Part shown: piece by piece, positions 27,312-41,200 of the stretch
How positions within the stretch are numbered: position 1 is the stretch's first letter
How the letters are laid out: every line of letters begins with the position of its first letter
From: Octopus bimaculoides
Taxonomy: Eukaryota
Assembly (NCBI RefSeq): GCF_001194135.2
Contig: NC_068984.1
Location: 51,920,190-51,978,349, forward strand
Direction: 5' to 3'
Length of the DNA stretch: 58,160 nucleotides
Position numbers and translations under genes: made by a program
The notes under the pieces: model-generated
Seen by the model: the letters and a program-made list of their open reading frames with translations, nothing else
The model's database searches: none
Told to the model about the DNA's origin: nothing

Positions 27312-30300
27312 ATATTAGGGACAAAATTCAAAATTACAGGTAAAAACTCAATTAAAATCAATTTATAAAAAATTTTTAAAAAATTGAGCTTTATAGATTA
27401 TAATATATATAAAAATATATAGTTTTAGGGAAAAGAACCAAGTTTCAAGAACTCATCGATGAAAATCCACTATCACATATAGAAAAATTAATAATTAAAA
27501 GCACAATAAATGAGTATAANNNNNNNNNNNNNNNNNNNNNNNNNNNNNNNNNNNNNNNNNNNNNNNNNNNNNNNNNNNNNNNNNNNNNNNNNNNNNNNNN
27601 NNNNNNNNNNNNNNNNNNNNNNNNNNNNNNNNNNNNNNNNNNNNNNNNNNNNNNNNNNNNNNNNNNNNNNNNNNNNNNNNNNNNNNNNNNNNNNNNNNNN
27701 NNNNNNNNNNNNNNNNNNNNNNNNNNNNNNNNNNNNNNNNNNNNNNNNNNNNNNNNNNNNNNNNNNNNNNNNNNNNNNNNNNNNNNNNNNNNNNNNNNNN
27801 NNNNNNNNNNNNNNNNNNNNNNNNNNNNNNNNNNNNNNNNNNNNNNNNNNNNNNNNNNNNNNNNNTATATATATATGTATGTATATACATATATGTAATA
27901 TATATATATGTATATACATATGTATGTACAAAAAGTCCTAGTGGTATCTTGTCGTGTCTGTTTACATTCTGGTTATTTCATTTTATGCCATGGGTGGGCT
28001 TATTTTCCTGTTTTGCAAAGTTGACAGAGTATGTACCAAACACCTGGGATTGATATAACTGATTAAATTCCTTTTAGGTAATGCACCAACACAAGCACAG
28101 TCTACTGCTTGAAACTAATTATGGTACATGTAACATGAAAGAGAGCAAATTCCTTCTACTTGTGCATACTAACGCTGTTGTAATGAAAATAACAAGAAGA
28201 CAAACTTTGATTCTAAATAGTTAATAGCTTAAATTATATATCACTAGATTTTCTTTTTAGCAGATTGTTGCTTATCTTTTTAAATTAAACTTTGTTTTAT
28301 TTCTGTATTTATTGTAGAGATACTAAAAGTCAAGAACTTTGCCTTTTTTTAACTCAAGCAGTAAGTTTTTATTAATATTATTATTGTTTTGCTTTTAATC
28401 TGTGTGTGTGATACAATAACTTGCTGGGTTACACCCAGTGACTTTGGGCAAGTGAAGGTTAAGAGATGTCTAAATGTAATTGAAAGTTTGGGAAGAAAGA
28501 GTTGGCAGGACAGTGCAGAAATTTATTCATACAACACAACACAGTACACTATTTATGTATAACTAGTGGGACCTATGAATATTTCACAGAATTTATGCTA
28601 AACTTATTGGGTTATTTCTGAAAACTTTATCCAGAAAACATGACAGTGTAGACTGTGTTGTGTCTGTATGGAAAGATAGTCGCTCATCTGCTACTCATTG
28701 AAAAGTGAAGGAAACTGGAATATAATGATTACTTAATGCATTTATATACTTTATAAAGTATATATATAATCTAGAAACTTAATATACAGCACTCTTTCTC
28801 TCTCTCTTTCTCTCTCACTCCTACCCTTACCCTCTTTTTCTCTCTCCTTTTCCTTTTGCTCTTTGCCTTTCCCTTCAACTAATCACGTGAAAGCATTGCA
28901 GACAGGCTAAGTAACGGAGTAAAAAACATAAGTTAAAAAAAAATTACACATTTCACTCTCCCTCCCTGTCCCCTCCTCCTATCTCCACTCTCCCCACCCT
29001 TCCCATCCTTCCCCATCCATCCTTCAACTAATCACATGGAAGTGTTACGGATAGGCTAAATAACATTGAAAAGCAAAATTATAAGATTATGTACGAAAGA
29101 TAAAACAAAATTAAATTTTTAAAAAAATTAATGAAATAAAAAACGTTTTTAAGTTATTATTTTTGTTGAGTTGTCAGCAAAATGTTGCTTTGAGTTACTC
29201 ATAAGTTTTGCTTTACTTTAACTTTGTAACAAAGATATTTAAAAAATTTTTGGTCTGTGTCTCACATAAGGTTTCAGCAATTGTGAAGAAATCCTCAGCT
29301 CCTTTGCATTTTGGTCCTTCAAGTTGGAATTTGTGAATTATTTCTGTGAAATTCTTTTGTTTCTTTAAAACATAAAAAAAAAAAGACATAAAAAAAAAAC
29401 ATTAAATTACATTGCAAAATGTTAGGGGAGTGAAATTACAGACTTGAATAGCTGTTTTAACTTTGCCTTCTCAAATGTTAAAACAAAGCATCATCACCAG
29501 TGCTGACCAAAACTTTCAACATAGAAAATGAAAACAACAACAACAAAAATAAGAGGGTAAAACAGGAAAAGGGAAAATGAAATTGTTGCTTCAACAAATC
29601 TGCAAATTCTGCTTTTGCTGCCACCACCGCCACCATTAATACCTGTACAGTAAATGATCAAGATACCATAACTAGAAAATCTAGCATTGATAGGTTTGCC
29701 AAGGCTGTGTGCTAGATAGAAAAAAATTGTTTATCATCTCTAGATTAAAAAAAATGCAAAGAACATCCTCCAGAAGTTTGGCCAAAACATAGCTTTAAAT
29801 ATACCAGAATCCATCCAGCAAGAACCCATCTGCAAAACTTTGTTTACGAATGCATAGGAATAAAACATATAAAAATAGAGCAAAGGACACAGCAGCAGAT
29901 AGAAAAATGCTTCAAAGCAATTTGAGGTACTAAAATGTATGTTGCTTTGGGGAAAAAAAATACAACACCATTGAAGGTGAGATTTCTGATTGAGGATGAA
30001 GCATTAAGAAGGGCATCAAGCTGTATAAAACCAAGCCAAAACAGACTATGGAACCTGGTGTGAACCCTAGCCGTACCAGTTTCCTGTCAAGCTGTCTAAC
30101 CCATGCCAACATGGAAAACAGCTGTTAAATGATGATGATGATACCAAAAACCTCTCCAGAACAATTTCAAAAAGTGTTGAACTGGTCCTTATACAAATCT
30201 GTTGTACTTAGGCCAAAAGGTTTTAAGAATGAAGTCAGTAGATGTGCCCCCAGAAGTAAACATCTGTTTGTCAGCAGCTGCTCTTTATGACATAGAGGTC

Positions 30301-33300
30301 AAAACTAATATTCTACAGGTCCAAAGGAGGCATAGAAAGAGTAATAGACACAGGCACAATTGTGTTAGTAAAAGATTATGTTTGGAGGTCAGTCAAATTT
30401 ATGGATTTGAAGTGACTGAATAGTGGTATAAGTATGAACCAGAGACTTGTGTTGAATGCTAGTTCCAGGATATAAGGGGATTTCTTCATAGAAACTGATC
30501 ACAATACTGAAGTCAGGAGACTAGATATGATTGTAGATGAAAGAAGGAACAAACAGTGTAAAATCATTGACTTTGCAATCCCATTTGATAGTAGAATGGA
30601 TACTAAGGAAACTGAAAAAATTGAGAAATATCGAGAGTGATCCAGAGAGATAAAGAGATTGCTGAACATAAAAATGAAAATCATCACCTGTGGTGATTGG
30701 GAGACTTGGTACTATGCCAAAACTATTACTTTAGAAGCTGAAGGATAAGGGATTTGAAACATATTGTTGATCATGTAGACCTGCAGATAAGTGCCATCCT
30801 GTATTCTGCAACAATCCTAAAAAAGACTCTTGAGATTTAAGGAGACTTGTCATCCAAACTCAGGATAATAATTCTGCTCGCTAAATTAGCATGTAATAGC
30901 TTACATAGTATAATAATGATAACAATAGTAATTTATATATCAACTACTAAGTGTTCAGTGAAATTGTGGATGGTACAGAATAAGACAAGGTGGCATTGTC
31001 ACATGAAAGAGCATGTAAAAAGAAGAGTAAGAGTAACAAAGAAACAAATTTCAAAAAGAGAATACAAAAAGGTGTTAATTCAAGAGTGAAGTTACTTTCT
31101 CAAGTCATACTGACTCATAAGGGCCGGTTTCATGGCATATATATTCCCCACCTGGACAGGATGCCAGTCTATCACAAGATTAATCATTTTTGCTAGCTGA
31201 GTGGACTGGAGCCATGTGAAATGAGATGTTTTTCTCAAGAACACAATGTGTTGCTCAGTCCAGGAATTGAGACCACAACCTTATGATCATGAATCCAACA
31301 CCCTAACCACAAAACCACGTGCCTCTACAACTGAAGGGTCAGTGACCAGAATGAAGTATGCAAAAAAGATAGATACAAGGTGTGATTATGTTCTTACCAA
31401 CATACACAAGCAGGAAGGAGAAATGTTTTTTGTATTTGTTGTTTTGGTAGGGAAGGAAGAGCAAAGTAGGAGAGGAAAACTGTGGAAAGAATGGTGTTTG
31501 GTAATAGAAGGAAATAGCATAAACAACAAAAGGAAAATAGTATTATGAAATGGAGGGTCAGTTGTTTAAGCTGGTCCCAAGCATGATGATAAGTTATTTC
31601 TTATATTGGTTTTGTTGTTCAGAAATTCTGGACACTGCAAGATGGTCATTGAAGTGACCAGATGAATTGGAATGGTGGAGCATGAATTTACTGTAAGTGC
31701 AGTTTTTGTGTTCTCTTTCATCGATGCAAAGTCTGCTTTGATGTAGAAAATGGGGTTTGCAGAATTGTAGTTAAAATTTTAAATCACTTGGTCCTGGGAT
31801 TTCATTTGTAATAGCTGTGGGAATTTGGATGAAGAGACCAGTGAGGTACCTGCAATGACAGCATTTATTTGAAATGTCCATTTACTTTACATCCCACAGC
31901 ATACATACAAACTGATCCAAACTTAAGAATTTCACTCCATCATTTTTGCTAATGCAAACTATGACCAGTAATTATTATTTTATATTTTTGTTACTTGGTT
32001 ATTATATTTGTTTAATATTTGTGCTTGCAACTTATCAACAACAGAATGTCCTATATTAGTAGATATGTGTGTTTATAGTATTGACTATAACCGAAATATA
32101 AACAGCTTTATGGATTGGTTGGTATATTGTTCAAAAAATTAAAAGATGTATCTTCTCTTCTAGTTTTAATTATGTTTGTGTCTCTTTTCATCAGGCGTGT
32201 GCTCCATACTTTGAAATTTTGGAGATGTGGATCTACAAGGGGATTATTAATGATCCATATGAAGAGGTATGTTGCTTCAGTGATATTATTATTGTTTCTT
32301 TCTCTTTCATAACTATTTAAAATATGACCATCCAAAAAAGGTCATTTGAAAGCATATCCCTACCAATATAAAAATGTGCAGGAGACAAGGTCCAGAATAC
32401 CTCCAACAAAAGCAGGGTGATCACAGTATGAATGTCTTAAACCCATTAGCATTTGAATCAAACATATTTGCCTCAAGTGTTCTAATTGTTCCAAACTGGC
32501 CAGATCTCTCCTTTCACACTTACAAGTCACACTTACAAAGTCATTTAAAAAAAAAAACAGTCACATCATTGAAATCTCAAAGCTATGAGACAATGCATGA
32601 TTAATTCAAAACAATGTGAATAAATAAGCATTATATATAACAGAGTGTTATTCATATGTCTGCTAATGGGTTATTCATATGTCTGCTCAGTCATGACTGA
32701 TTTAAGACTAAGCAACAACTACATGAATTTTATTTTTTTAAAAATTTTAATTACTATGACTTATGGCCAACATTGTGACCAACAGATAATTTTGAATTAT
32801 TAATGTAACTAGAAAAATACTCCATTTCTGCTTGAGAATCTTTCAGTTATCATTCATTAATTATTATTAGTCATTCCTTATTGTTTATCATTGTTTAATT
32901 TTTCTTTCTAGTTTTTTGTTGTTGAGAATGAGGAAGTCAACAAGGAGAAATCGTACAATGAATATCCTTTTACGTAATACAGTTTTGTATTTTAACAGTG
33001 ATTTTTCACTTTAGAGTTACCTTAAATACCCAAGGTTACTAATCTCAAATGCAACATTTTATCTATCTATTCTTTTACTCTTTTATTTGTTTCAGTCATT
33101 TGACTGCGGCCATGCTGGAGCACCGCCTTTAGTTGAGCAAATCGACCCCGGGACTTATTCTTTGTAAGCCTAGTACTTAAATTGTATGATGCATGTGTAT
33201 GCAATGTGATGTTGCAAAGGAGTAAAACGTGGGCATTAAAATGCAGAAGCTGGAAAAAAATGCAATGAGTATCGTCTACTGGATATGTAATGTTAGTGTA

Positions 33301-34475
33301 CATGAATAATGGAGCACAAATGAGCTGAGAAAGACTGAATATAACAGGAATCATGTTCAGTCCAAGAGAGAAAACTGCACTGGTATGCATGTGATGTATA
33401 TGAAGTTTGATATTTGAGTAAAGAAGTAACAAGCTGTCTAGGTGAGAGGAATCTGCAGAAGAAGAATACATAAGAAGTTGTGTTGGAAGCTGATTTCTGA
33501 TGGCTGAACAGGAATAAAAAGATGACAATGAACTGCAGCAAAAGTAGCAAGATGTTGTACTGGATGAAGAAAATACATCAAACCCAGATGAAAAAAAAAT
33601 TATAATGGAGAACAATTAGTGCATCAAACAAAAATAACTTGTAGTATTTAGTTCTGTTAATTATCTCCCTTCATGCCAAAGTAAAACTAGGCACTTTAAC
33701 ATGGATGATAAAATAAGTACTGACATACTGGAGCCGATGCAATTGATTTCTGAAAAATATAATCTTCACCTTCAGGGCACAGTAAATTTTTGAGACGTCA
33801 TCATCATCATCATCATCGTTTAACGTCCGCTTTCCATGCTAGCATGGGTTGGACGATTTGACTAAGGACTGGTGAAACCGGATGGCAACACCAGGCTCCA
33901 ATCTAATTTGGCAGAGTTTCTACAGCTGGATACCCTTCCTAACGCCAACCACTCAGAGACATATTTTATGGAAAAAAATAAGTAAATAAATTAAATAGCA
34001 TCCTTAGTGCCAGATAGTTTGGTAATTAAGCTGGTGAAAATGGCAAAGACAGTAAAATGTTAAATTGAATGGTTCATGATATTATATGACTTTAGTAATT
34101 TTAGTCATTGAGCCACATGGTTGAGAATTGAACTTCTTTATCATATAACTGTGTATGTCTCACTAGATTCTGTTATTCTTTTTCATGTTTCAATTATTGA
34201 ACTATGACTACGCAACTGTAATCATTGAACTACATGTAGTTCAATGATTAAGAAGTTTGCTTCTTAACTTTTTGATTTAATGATTGAAACTAGTAAAAGT
34301 CAAATAATACTATATGTGCAGACGTGGCTGTGTGGTAGGAAGCTTGCTTCCCATCTACATGGTTCCAGGTTCAGTCTCACTGTGTGGTACCTTGGGCTCC
34401 AACTAGAGCCTCGGGCTGACCAAAGCCTTGTGAGTGGATTTGATAAATGGAAACTGAAAAAATCCCATTGTATAC

Positions 34476-34506
<31 letters not shown>

Positions 34507-37500
34507 TTTGTGTCTGTGTCTGTCCCTTACTACTGCTTGACAAGTGGTGGTTTGTTTATGTCCCCGTAACTTAGTGGTTTGACAAAAAGAGAAAGATAAG
34601 TACTAGGCTTTAAAAGAAAAAGAAAATCACTAGGGTTGATTCATTCGACACAAAGTTCTTCAAGGCTATATTCTAGCATGGCCGCAATCTAACGACTGAA
34701 ACAGACAAATGTAAAAAAATAATAATGTGAACTATTTAATCTGATGTAAACTATCTTTGTCATTTCCACCAGCTTAATTACAAGATTACCTGGTGTTGAT
34801 GATGCGGTTTTTATACCTTTCTATCTTACCTGAAATAAGTCTGGAAAATTTACTATGTGTGCAAGAGAATGAAGGTTACATTTTTCACAAGCCAATTTAA
34901 CCTTAGTTGTGGGTTATCTATGCTAAAATTACTGTTCTGTTTCTATACTCATCATCATTGTTTAGCATCTGTTTTCCATGCTAGCAATGGTAAGACAGTT
35001 TGACTGGAACTGATAAGCCGGGGAGCTGCACCAGGCCCCAGTCTGTTTTTGCTTGGCTTCTATGGCTGGATGCCCTTCCTAATGCCAACCACTCCACAAA
35101 GTGTACTGGGTGCCAGTCACTGGCACTGGCCGTGACTATGATTTCACTTAGCTTGAAGTGTATTCTCAAGCACAAAGCAAAAATGCAGGCTGAATCGTCA
35201 ACAGAACCTATATGACACTAAACTACTAACAAAATATTTGGTAAAATATGTAAAAGAGCGGAGACCATGTTTTTTTGTTTATCTTTATTTCAAAATCTTC
35301 AAGCTAAAATTGGAGAGAGAAATATTGTAAAGTTTTTATTCTCTCCTAGTCAGCCTAACTTTCTGCGGATCATCATCCACTTTCTTCTAAGTGGAGTTAC
35401 AACTTCTGTGATATTATTTCTTTGACTCCATTTATGTATTGGGAACAGAATTATGTTGTGAGAAAAGACAGAACTCCAATCTTTTTGGCACTTGTTGTCC
35501 AAGAAGTATTAAATACTGGGAAGTATCTAAATGTTGTACGACAGTGTGGTAAGTGATCTTTTTATATTGTGATTTCTGTTATTCTATTAATATTCTGGCA
35601 GTAATACCCATTCCTTAATAGAATAAATATTCCTTAACAGAAAAAAATGTTATAAGTTACATTAATTTTAAAAAATCATGACCAAAATAGAACCAGTTCA
35701 ATATTCTTTAAGGTTGTTCTGTAGAAGTTCCTGGCCTTATTCTTGGTCAGAAAACTCATTCCTACTGTGCTGTATTTTTTTAACACCCTCCATTGAGGAT
35801 ATTTGCCTATATAGGAGCCTCTATACCAGTAGTTCTCATCCAGGGTCCATGTAAGATTTTGTTGTTAAAATTTAGGTGCAATAAATTGGTTATATTTCTA
35901 CAATTCATAAAATATTTTAACAACTTTTTTTTTACAATTCCTAATAATATCTAATTATAGAAATATTATAGGATTTTTTTAAAGATATTGAATTGCTGTG
36001 AGGGTCCAGCAGAGTAAAATACGAAGCAAAAGGGTTCCACAAGTAAAAAATGGTTGGGAACCACTGATCTCTACAGTCATTTAGTCTGCCAGAAATAGAA
36101 GATAGTTACTCCTAAGTCACACCCAACCTGCTTGAAAATAAAACATTGGGCACTAAAGTCCTAGATATACAAAAATATGTCAAGGTTAATGTTACCTTGA
36201 AAGATTGTCATAAACTGTAAAACCCAACATCTACAGTAAGAGGAATTTAGCTGTGTTGTTCATGAGTAGAGTGTAATGTTGAAACTGCATTTCCTTCATG
36301 TGCATGTGCACACACACATAATTAGCTGTGTTCTTTAGTGCCGTTGAAGAAGACTAGGTTACCATGTCACCACTAGAGAACTTTTTGTAATCTTTGGTCT
36401 CAGCTGTTTAAGCAGAGTGTGGGTGGTGACAGCTGATATGATTGAAAAACTGAAGAGGCTTGAAGCGTCTTTTATATAGAAGTGTGGGATCTATTTGGTT
36501 TGGTTGCCTGAATTTCAAATTAGAGTTTATTGAAACTTTTAAAATTTGACACTTTAATACACTTTTCCAAGCTGAATTACTGGAGTTATTTCACTTTTTC
36601 CAGAAAAATGTTTTCAAAAAGTTAGAGATGTTTAAAGTTTAATCAATTTCACCCAATCAGACAACAGGATTTGGAAGCTGTCATTTTGTGCGTGACTGCA
36701 TATTTTGTCAACATTCTGAAAATAGCACGTGTTGTCAAGAAAGAATAAACAACATGCGTTTTGTAGTTTTAAACATTTTGATAGCACGAACTTAAAAGAT
36801 TTATCCAAAAACGTTATTTAGCTGTTATTTTTAGCATACCTCATAACCACCTCAACGACAAAAAGAAAACATGTATTTTGTAGTTTTAAACATTTAGTAT
36901 GCATTTAATGCAATAGCATGAACCTAAAAGATTTTTCTACAAACAAAATAACACATTACAAATTAAATATTTTTAAAAAACAAACATTTTGTTGACCAGT
37001 TCATAAATTCACATGCTCAGTTGTCAAGAGATAGGTAACACAAGCGGTTTCAATTTATTTGTCAACGAGTGCTTTCTCACAGACAAAAAAGTTCTTATTT
37101 TCCACTTGTTACTATGGAAACAGGCATGAATGTGTCTGTGGCTTATGGTTGGCTAAAATGACCTCAAATTTTCAAACTTTAATTGCTAATAACTATTTAT
37201 TTGTTGATTTATAGCAAAAATGATTTTCACATCCTTCATTAGTCTATAAAAGTGTATCATTACACTGAACATAAAATCAATTCGAACAGAATGAATACTG
37301 GCAACCAAACCGAATAAATCCAAAGTGTGTTAGAAATAGTAACAGAGTTAAAGTTACTAATGTATAAAATAAAACGGAGTAGACAATTGAATCCTGTGCA
37401 CTACAGCGTTGTTAGAATATTGGTGAGAGAGAACTTCATTGATGTATATCATAATTATATCATAATGAAACTATCTGATGGGAAATTTCTGATCTCAGAA

Positions 37501-38204
37501 ATGAGGAGTGGATGGAGCATTCCGATGGATGATTTATCTTGGAGATTCAAATACCTGATATAGTCAAAGGCATTCCTGATGTCAAGAACAGCACTTGTTT
37601 CATTGAAGTTTTCAGTGTACTGAAAGATTATAGTAGTGTGCAATTTAATAAAGCAAGTCTCTTGTATATATGACTGAATAGAAATTACTAATAGTTGCTG
37701 TAAGGGAAAGTAAACTCAAGAATATGAAACCAATTGTTGGTTATTATGAAAATCTTCCTATCTAAACTGAAATCCTTGTATTTCAGGTAGAGATGTAAAA
37801 TGTCCTTATGCTGAAGAAATGATTTACACATTGAATGAAAAAGGATACTTTGATCAAATTGAAAAAGCGTATAATTATGCTTCAAAAGTTTTGCTAAACT
37901 TATTGATGGAGGAGCAAGAATTGATGGCTCGACTAAGGTGTGTACTTTGTAATTTCTATGTTCATAACTGGATTTTGATATTGATATAAAATAACATGTT
38001 TCTATGTTATAGTAATGTTTTTCTCCCATATTTTCTAAATGTCTTTCTGTACGTTGTAACCTATCTAAATGTGAAAGCTTCTCAACTTAGTTCTGGGTTT
38101 AATTCCATTGCACTGCTCTTTGATCAAGTGACTTCTACAACCTTGGATTGACTAATACCTTGTGATTGCAATTTGATAGCTGGGAACTATGCAGCATATA
38201 TAAC

Positions 38205-38242
<38 letters not shown>

Positions 38243-41200
38243 TGTGCGTGTGTGTGTATATATATATATATATAGTTGATGACAGCTATAAACCTCACAT
38301 TCCATGTTTATATATATATATATATGTATGTATAGTGCTTATGCACACATTCCCCACAAACACATTTGCTCCCTCTATCACTTTCAGAATTCCTAAAGCC
38401 ACCAGCAACTCTTTGCATTGAGAATATCTACCTCACCACTCCACTCCACTCTCCAAAGTCATTGTTTTCAGTCACTTCAACTCTCACAACTCCTCATGAT
38501 TCTCAACTTTCATTCCAAACCTTTCCAGACTGACACAAAGACTCTCCTCCATGCAAACACTTTCAATCTCTTTCTCACCTTAAAACCTCACCTTTACCAA
38601 ACTATATCCATTTCTGCATCCACTGGGACATCCAACGTCTGCCTTATTGCAACTATCCAAATACACCACCACATACTACAGAACACCTCTGTCTCTCTGG
38701 ACCCCATCATACTTCAAGTCAACCAATTGGCTGGAGCTCCACCAGTTTTATTTCACTTGTCCCTGACAGCATACCTGCTTCATTTATGACATTTAGAAAC
38801 AGCTGAGTGATTGATTGAACTTGCCCCTTTAGCTCTGTCCCTTCAGATTCCACACACAGCAAAATTTCAATGTCCAAAGTTTCTCCAGTAGTTTACTCAA
38901 AGCTATGCTGCAGCTGTTCAGGCATAAATCAAGGCTTACAATTTTGGAGCATCTCACCCACTCTCCAAAACTGGGTGGCATTCACCCAGCAATGCAATTC
39001 ACTATTTGTGATATAAAGTTCACCTTTATATCACAAGATTTTTCCACCTGATAAGCTGCCGCCTATCCTTTTGGTCCTTTGCTAAAAGAATCTCCACCAA
39101 TTTTGTGAAATCATCTTCCCTAACCTTGACCACATCTAAATAAAGAAGGCTCTGTAAGCAGTACATCCCTTAGAGAAAGTCTCACAACTACACATTACAT
39201 ACCTTTTGTCAATCTCCTCCAAATATACTCATTTCACACTGACACGCTTCTCCATCCCACATTTACAACTTCATCTTTGTTTCTCTACTGAAAAAGTTTT
39301 TACATGTCTAGACAGAAGCCATACTGATGTCTGAGCTTTATTTTAAATATGACATTGTACAAAGTTAATGGTGTTTTTACATCGAAGCATATCACTCTGA
39401 CTTCATTTTGTGCTACAACAATTTCTAAGTGTAATAATAACTTATTTATTAATGGTTTCAAACTTTGGCATAAGGCCAACAGTTTCAGGGAAGGGGCTCA
39501 GTTGGTTACATCGACCCCAGTGCTCAACTGGACTTCTTTTATTGACCCTGAAAAGATGAAAAGCAAATTGACCTTAATGGAATTTCAACTCAGACTATAA
39601 AGACAGACAAAATGCTGCTAAGCATTTTAACTGGCATGCCAACAATTCTGCCAGCTCACCACCTTAATAACTTATTTAATAACGTACCTCTATACAATCC
39701 ACACAGTTGGCAAAAATAAGTTGTACCTGTAGTTCAATGGCCCAAGCTTTGTCACATTCAGTGTGTCGCACTGAATCTCCTTGAGAACTACATTAAGGAT
39801 ATGCATGTCTGTGGAATGCTCAGCCACTTGCACATAAGTTTCACAAGCAGGCAGATCCATTAATCGGATCAACTGGAATGCTTATCTTCATAACTGACAG
39901 AGAGCCAGGCTATACAACTTTTGTATGAAACTTTTGAACAGGCAAAGTACATCATTTGATAATGTTTTACACTATTTTGCCTATAATAGGAAGAAATATT
40001 TTACACTATTGCTGTTTCTTTTATAGAACAGTTACTGTAGTGGAGCCTACAAATAAGCATTGGATAACATAGTCATAGCTTTACAGTGTCTGATAGAAAA
40101 TCAGTAGCTATTAGAGGAAGGTTTTTGATCATAAATTTCCTGTGCTGGAGCTGACTTGGAGCCAAACAACAACAAAGGGAATTGTAGTTTATCTTCTGAT
40201 GGAATTATTAATCTTATTCCATTGTAATGAGTTAATTTCTGTTGCATCTTAAACTGTTATGATATAATTTACGTTTATTTTAGGTCTATGAAACATTATT
40301 TCCTGTTGGACAAAGGAGATTTTATTGTTCAGTTTATGGATATGACAGAAGAAGAAATGAAACAGCCATATAAGAGTATCCTACAGCAGAATCAAACGTT
40401 TTGTATAGTAATTCTGTAGAATTGTGTTTGTAGTATGTTTTGTGAGCTCTGAAGCAATCATGGGAGTCTTTTTTTTATAATTAGCATCTGCTCAATTCAG
40501 TCTTACAATCTTTTTTAACATCAACTATTTTGTTATTGAGTTGGGTTACTTGTCTTAATTTGTGGTGCTTGCAACCTATACTCTGAAAATGGTATGGAAG
40601 AAAATTTCATTTTTGAATAAGCAATCTAAGATGCCTAATTGAATTTCTCTTGAGAATGCTATTATTGAGATTATTATAGTTTCAACTGTATGGTTTGTTT
40701 GTTTTAGGTATGTTGTTGTATGGTACTACTGGTGATGTAATCTTCATCAGATGTATTTGTTATTTTGTCAATATTCAACATAGTTTCCTGCCATTGCTGG
40801 AAGTGTTCCTCCTGCTATTGCTGCTATTAAAGATATTGGAAAGGGACAAATATGCCTGTAATGTTTCGGGAATAATTTGACCAGTGCTAGTTGAGTAACA
40901 TGAGTGAAGAAAAGGCTAAGAGACGGAGCAAGAGACTAAATATCTGAAGGGGATACGTCAGTTGTCATATTTAAGTAGTGGTTATAGTATGAAGAATTTT
41001 AGATTGCTAATGCTGCTTTAATCATAGTAGAAAAGTAGTTTATTTGTGAGAGATGCATCTCTTTAGCCCCAGTCATCATCATGATTTTATATTCACTTTC
41101 CATGTTGGCATGGGTTGCATAGACGATGATCTAAATTATTTCCTTTTGGGAGTTACTGTTCCCAAAGGCAAGTGTTCAACGGTGTGATTTGGCTTGGTTT

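Larger units (their letters stand above)
32962..35426 (+). other. U12-type (minor spliceosome) AT-AC intron
   Basis: 5' end ATATCCTTTT matches the U12 consensus; 3' end ...TTCTTTGAC; phase restores the GCP2 frame. Confidence 0.8.

Noticed and set aside
33067-33615. 182-aa minus-strand ORF
   Set aside because: Antisense of a decayed RTE fragment joined to a SINE tail.
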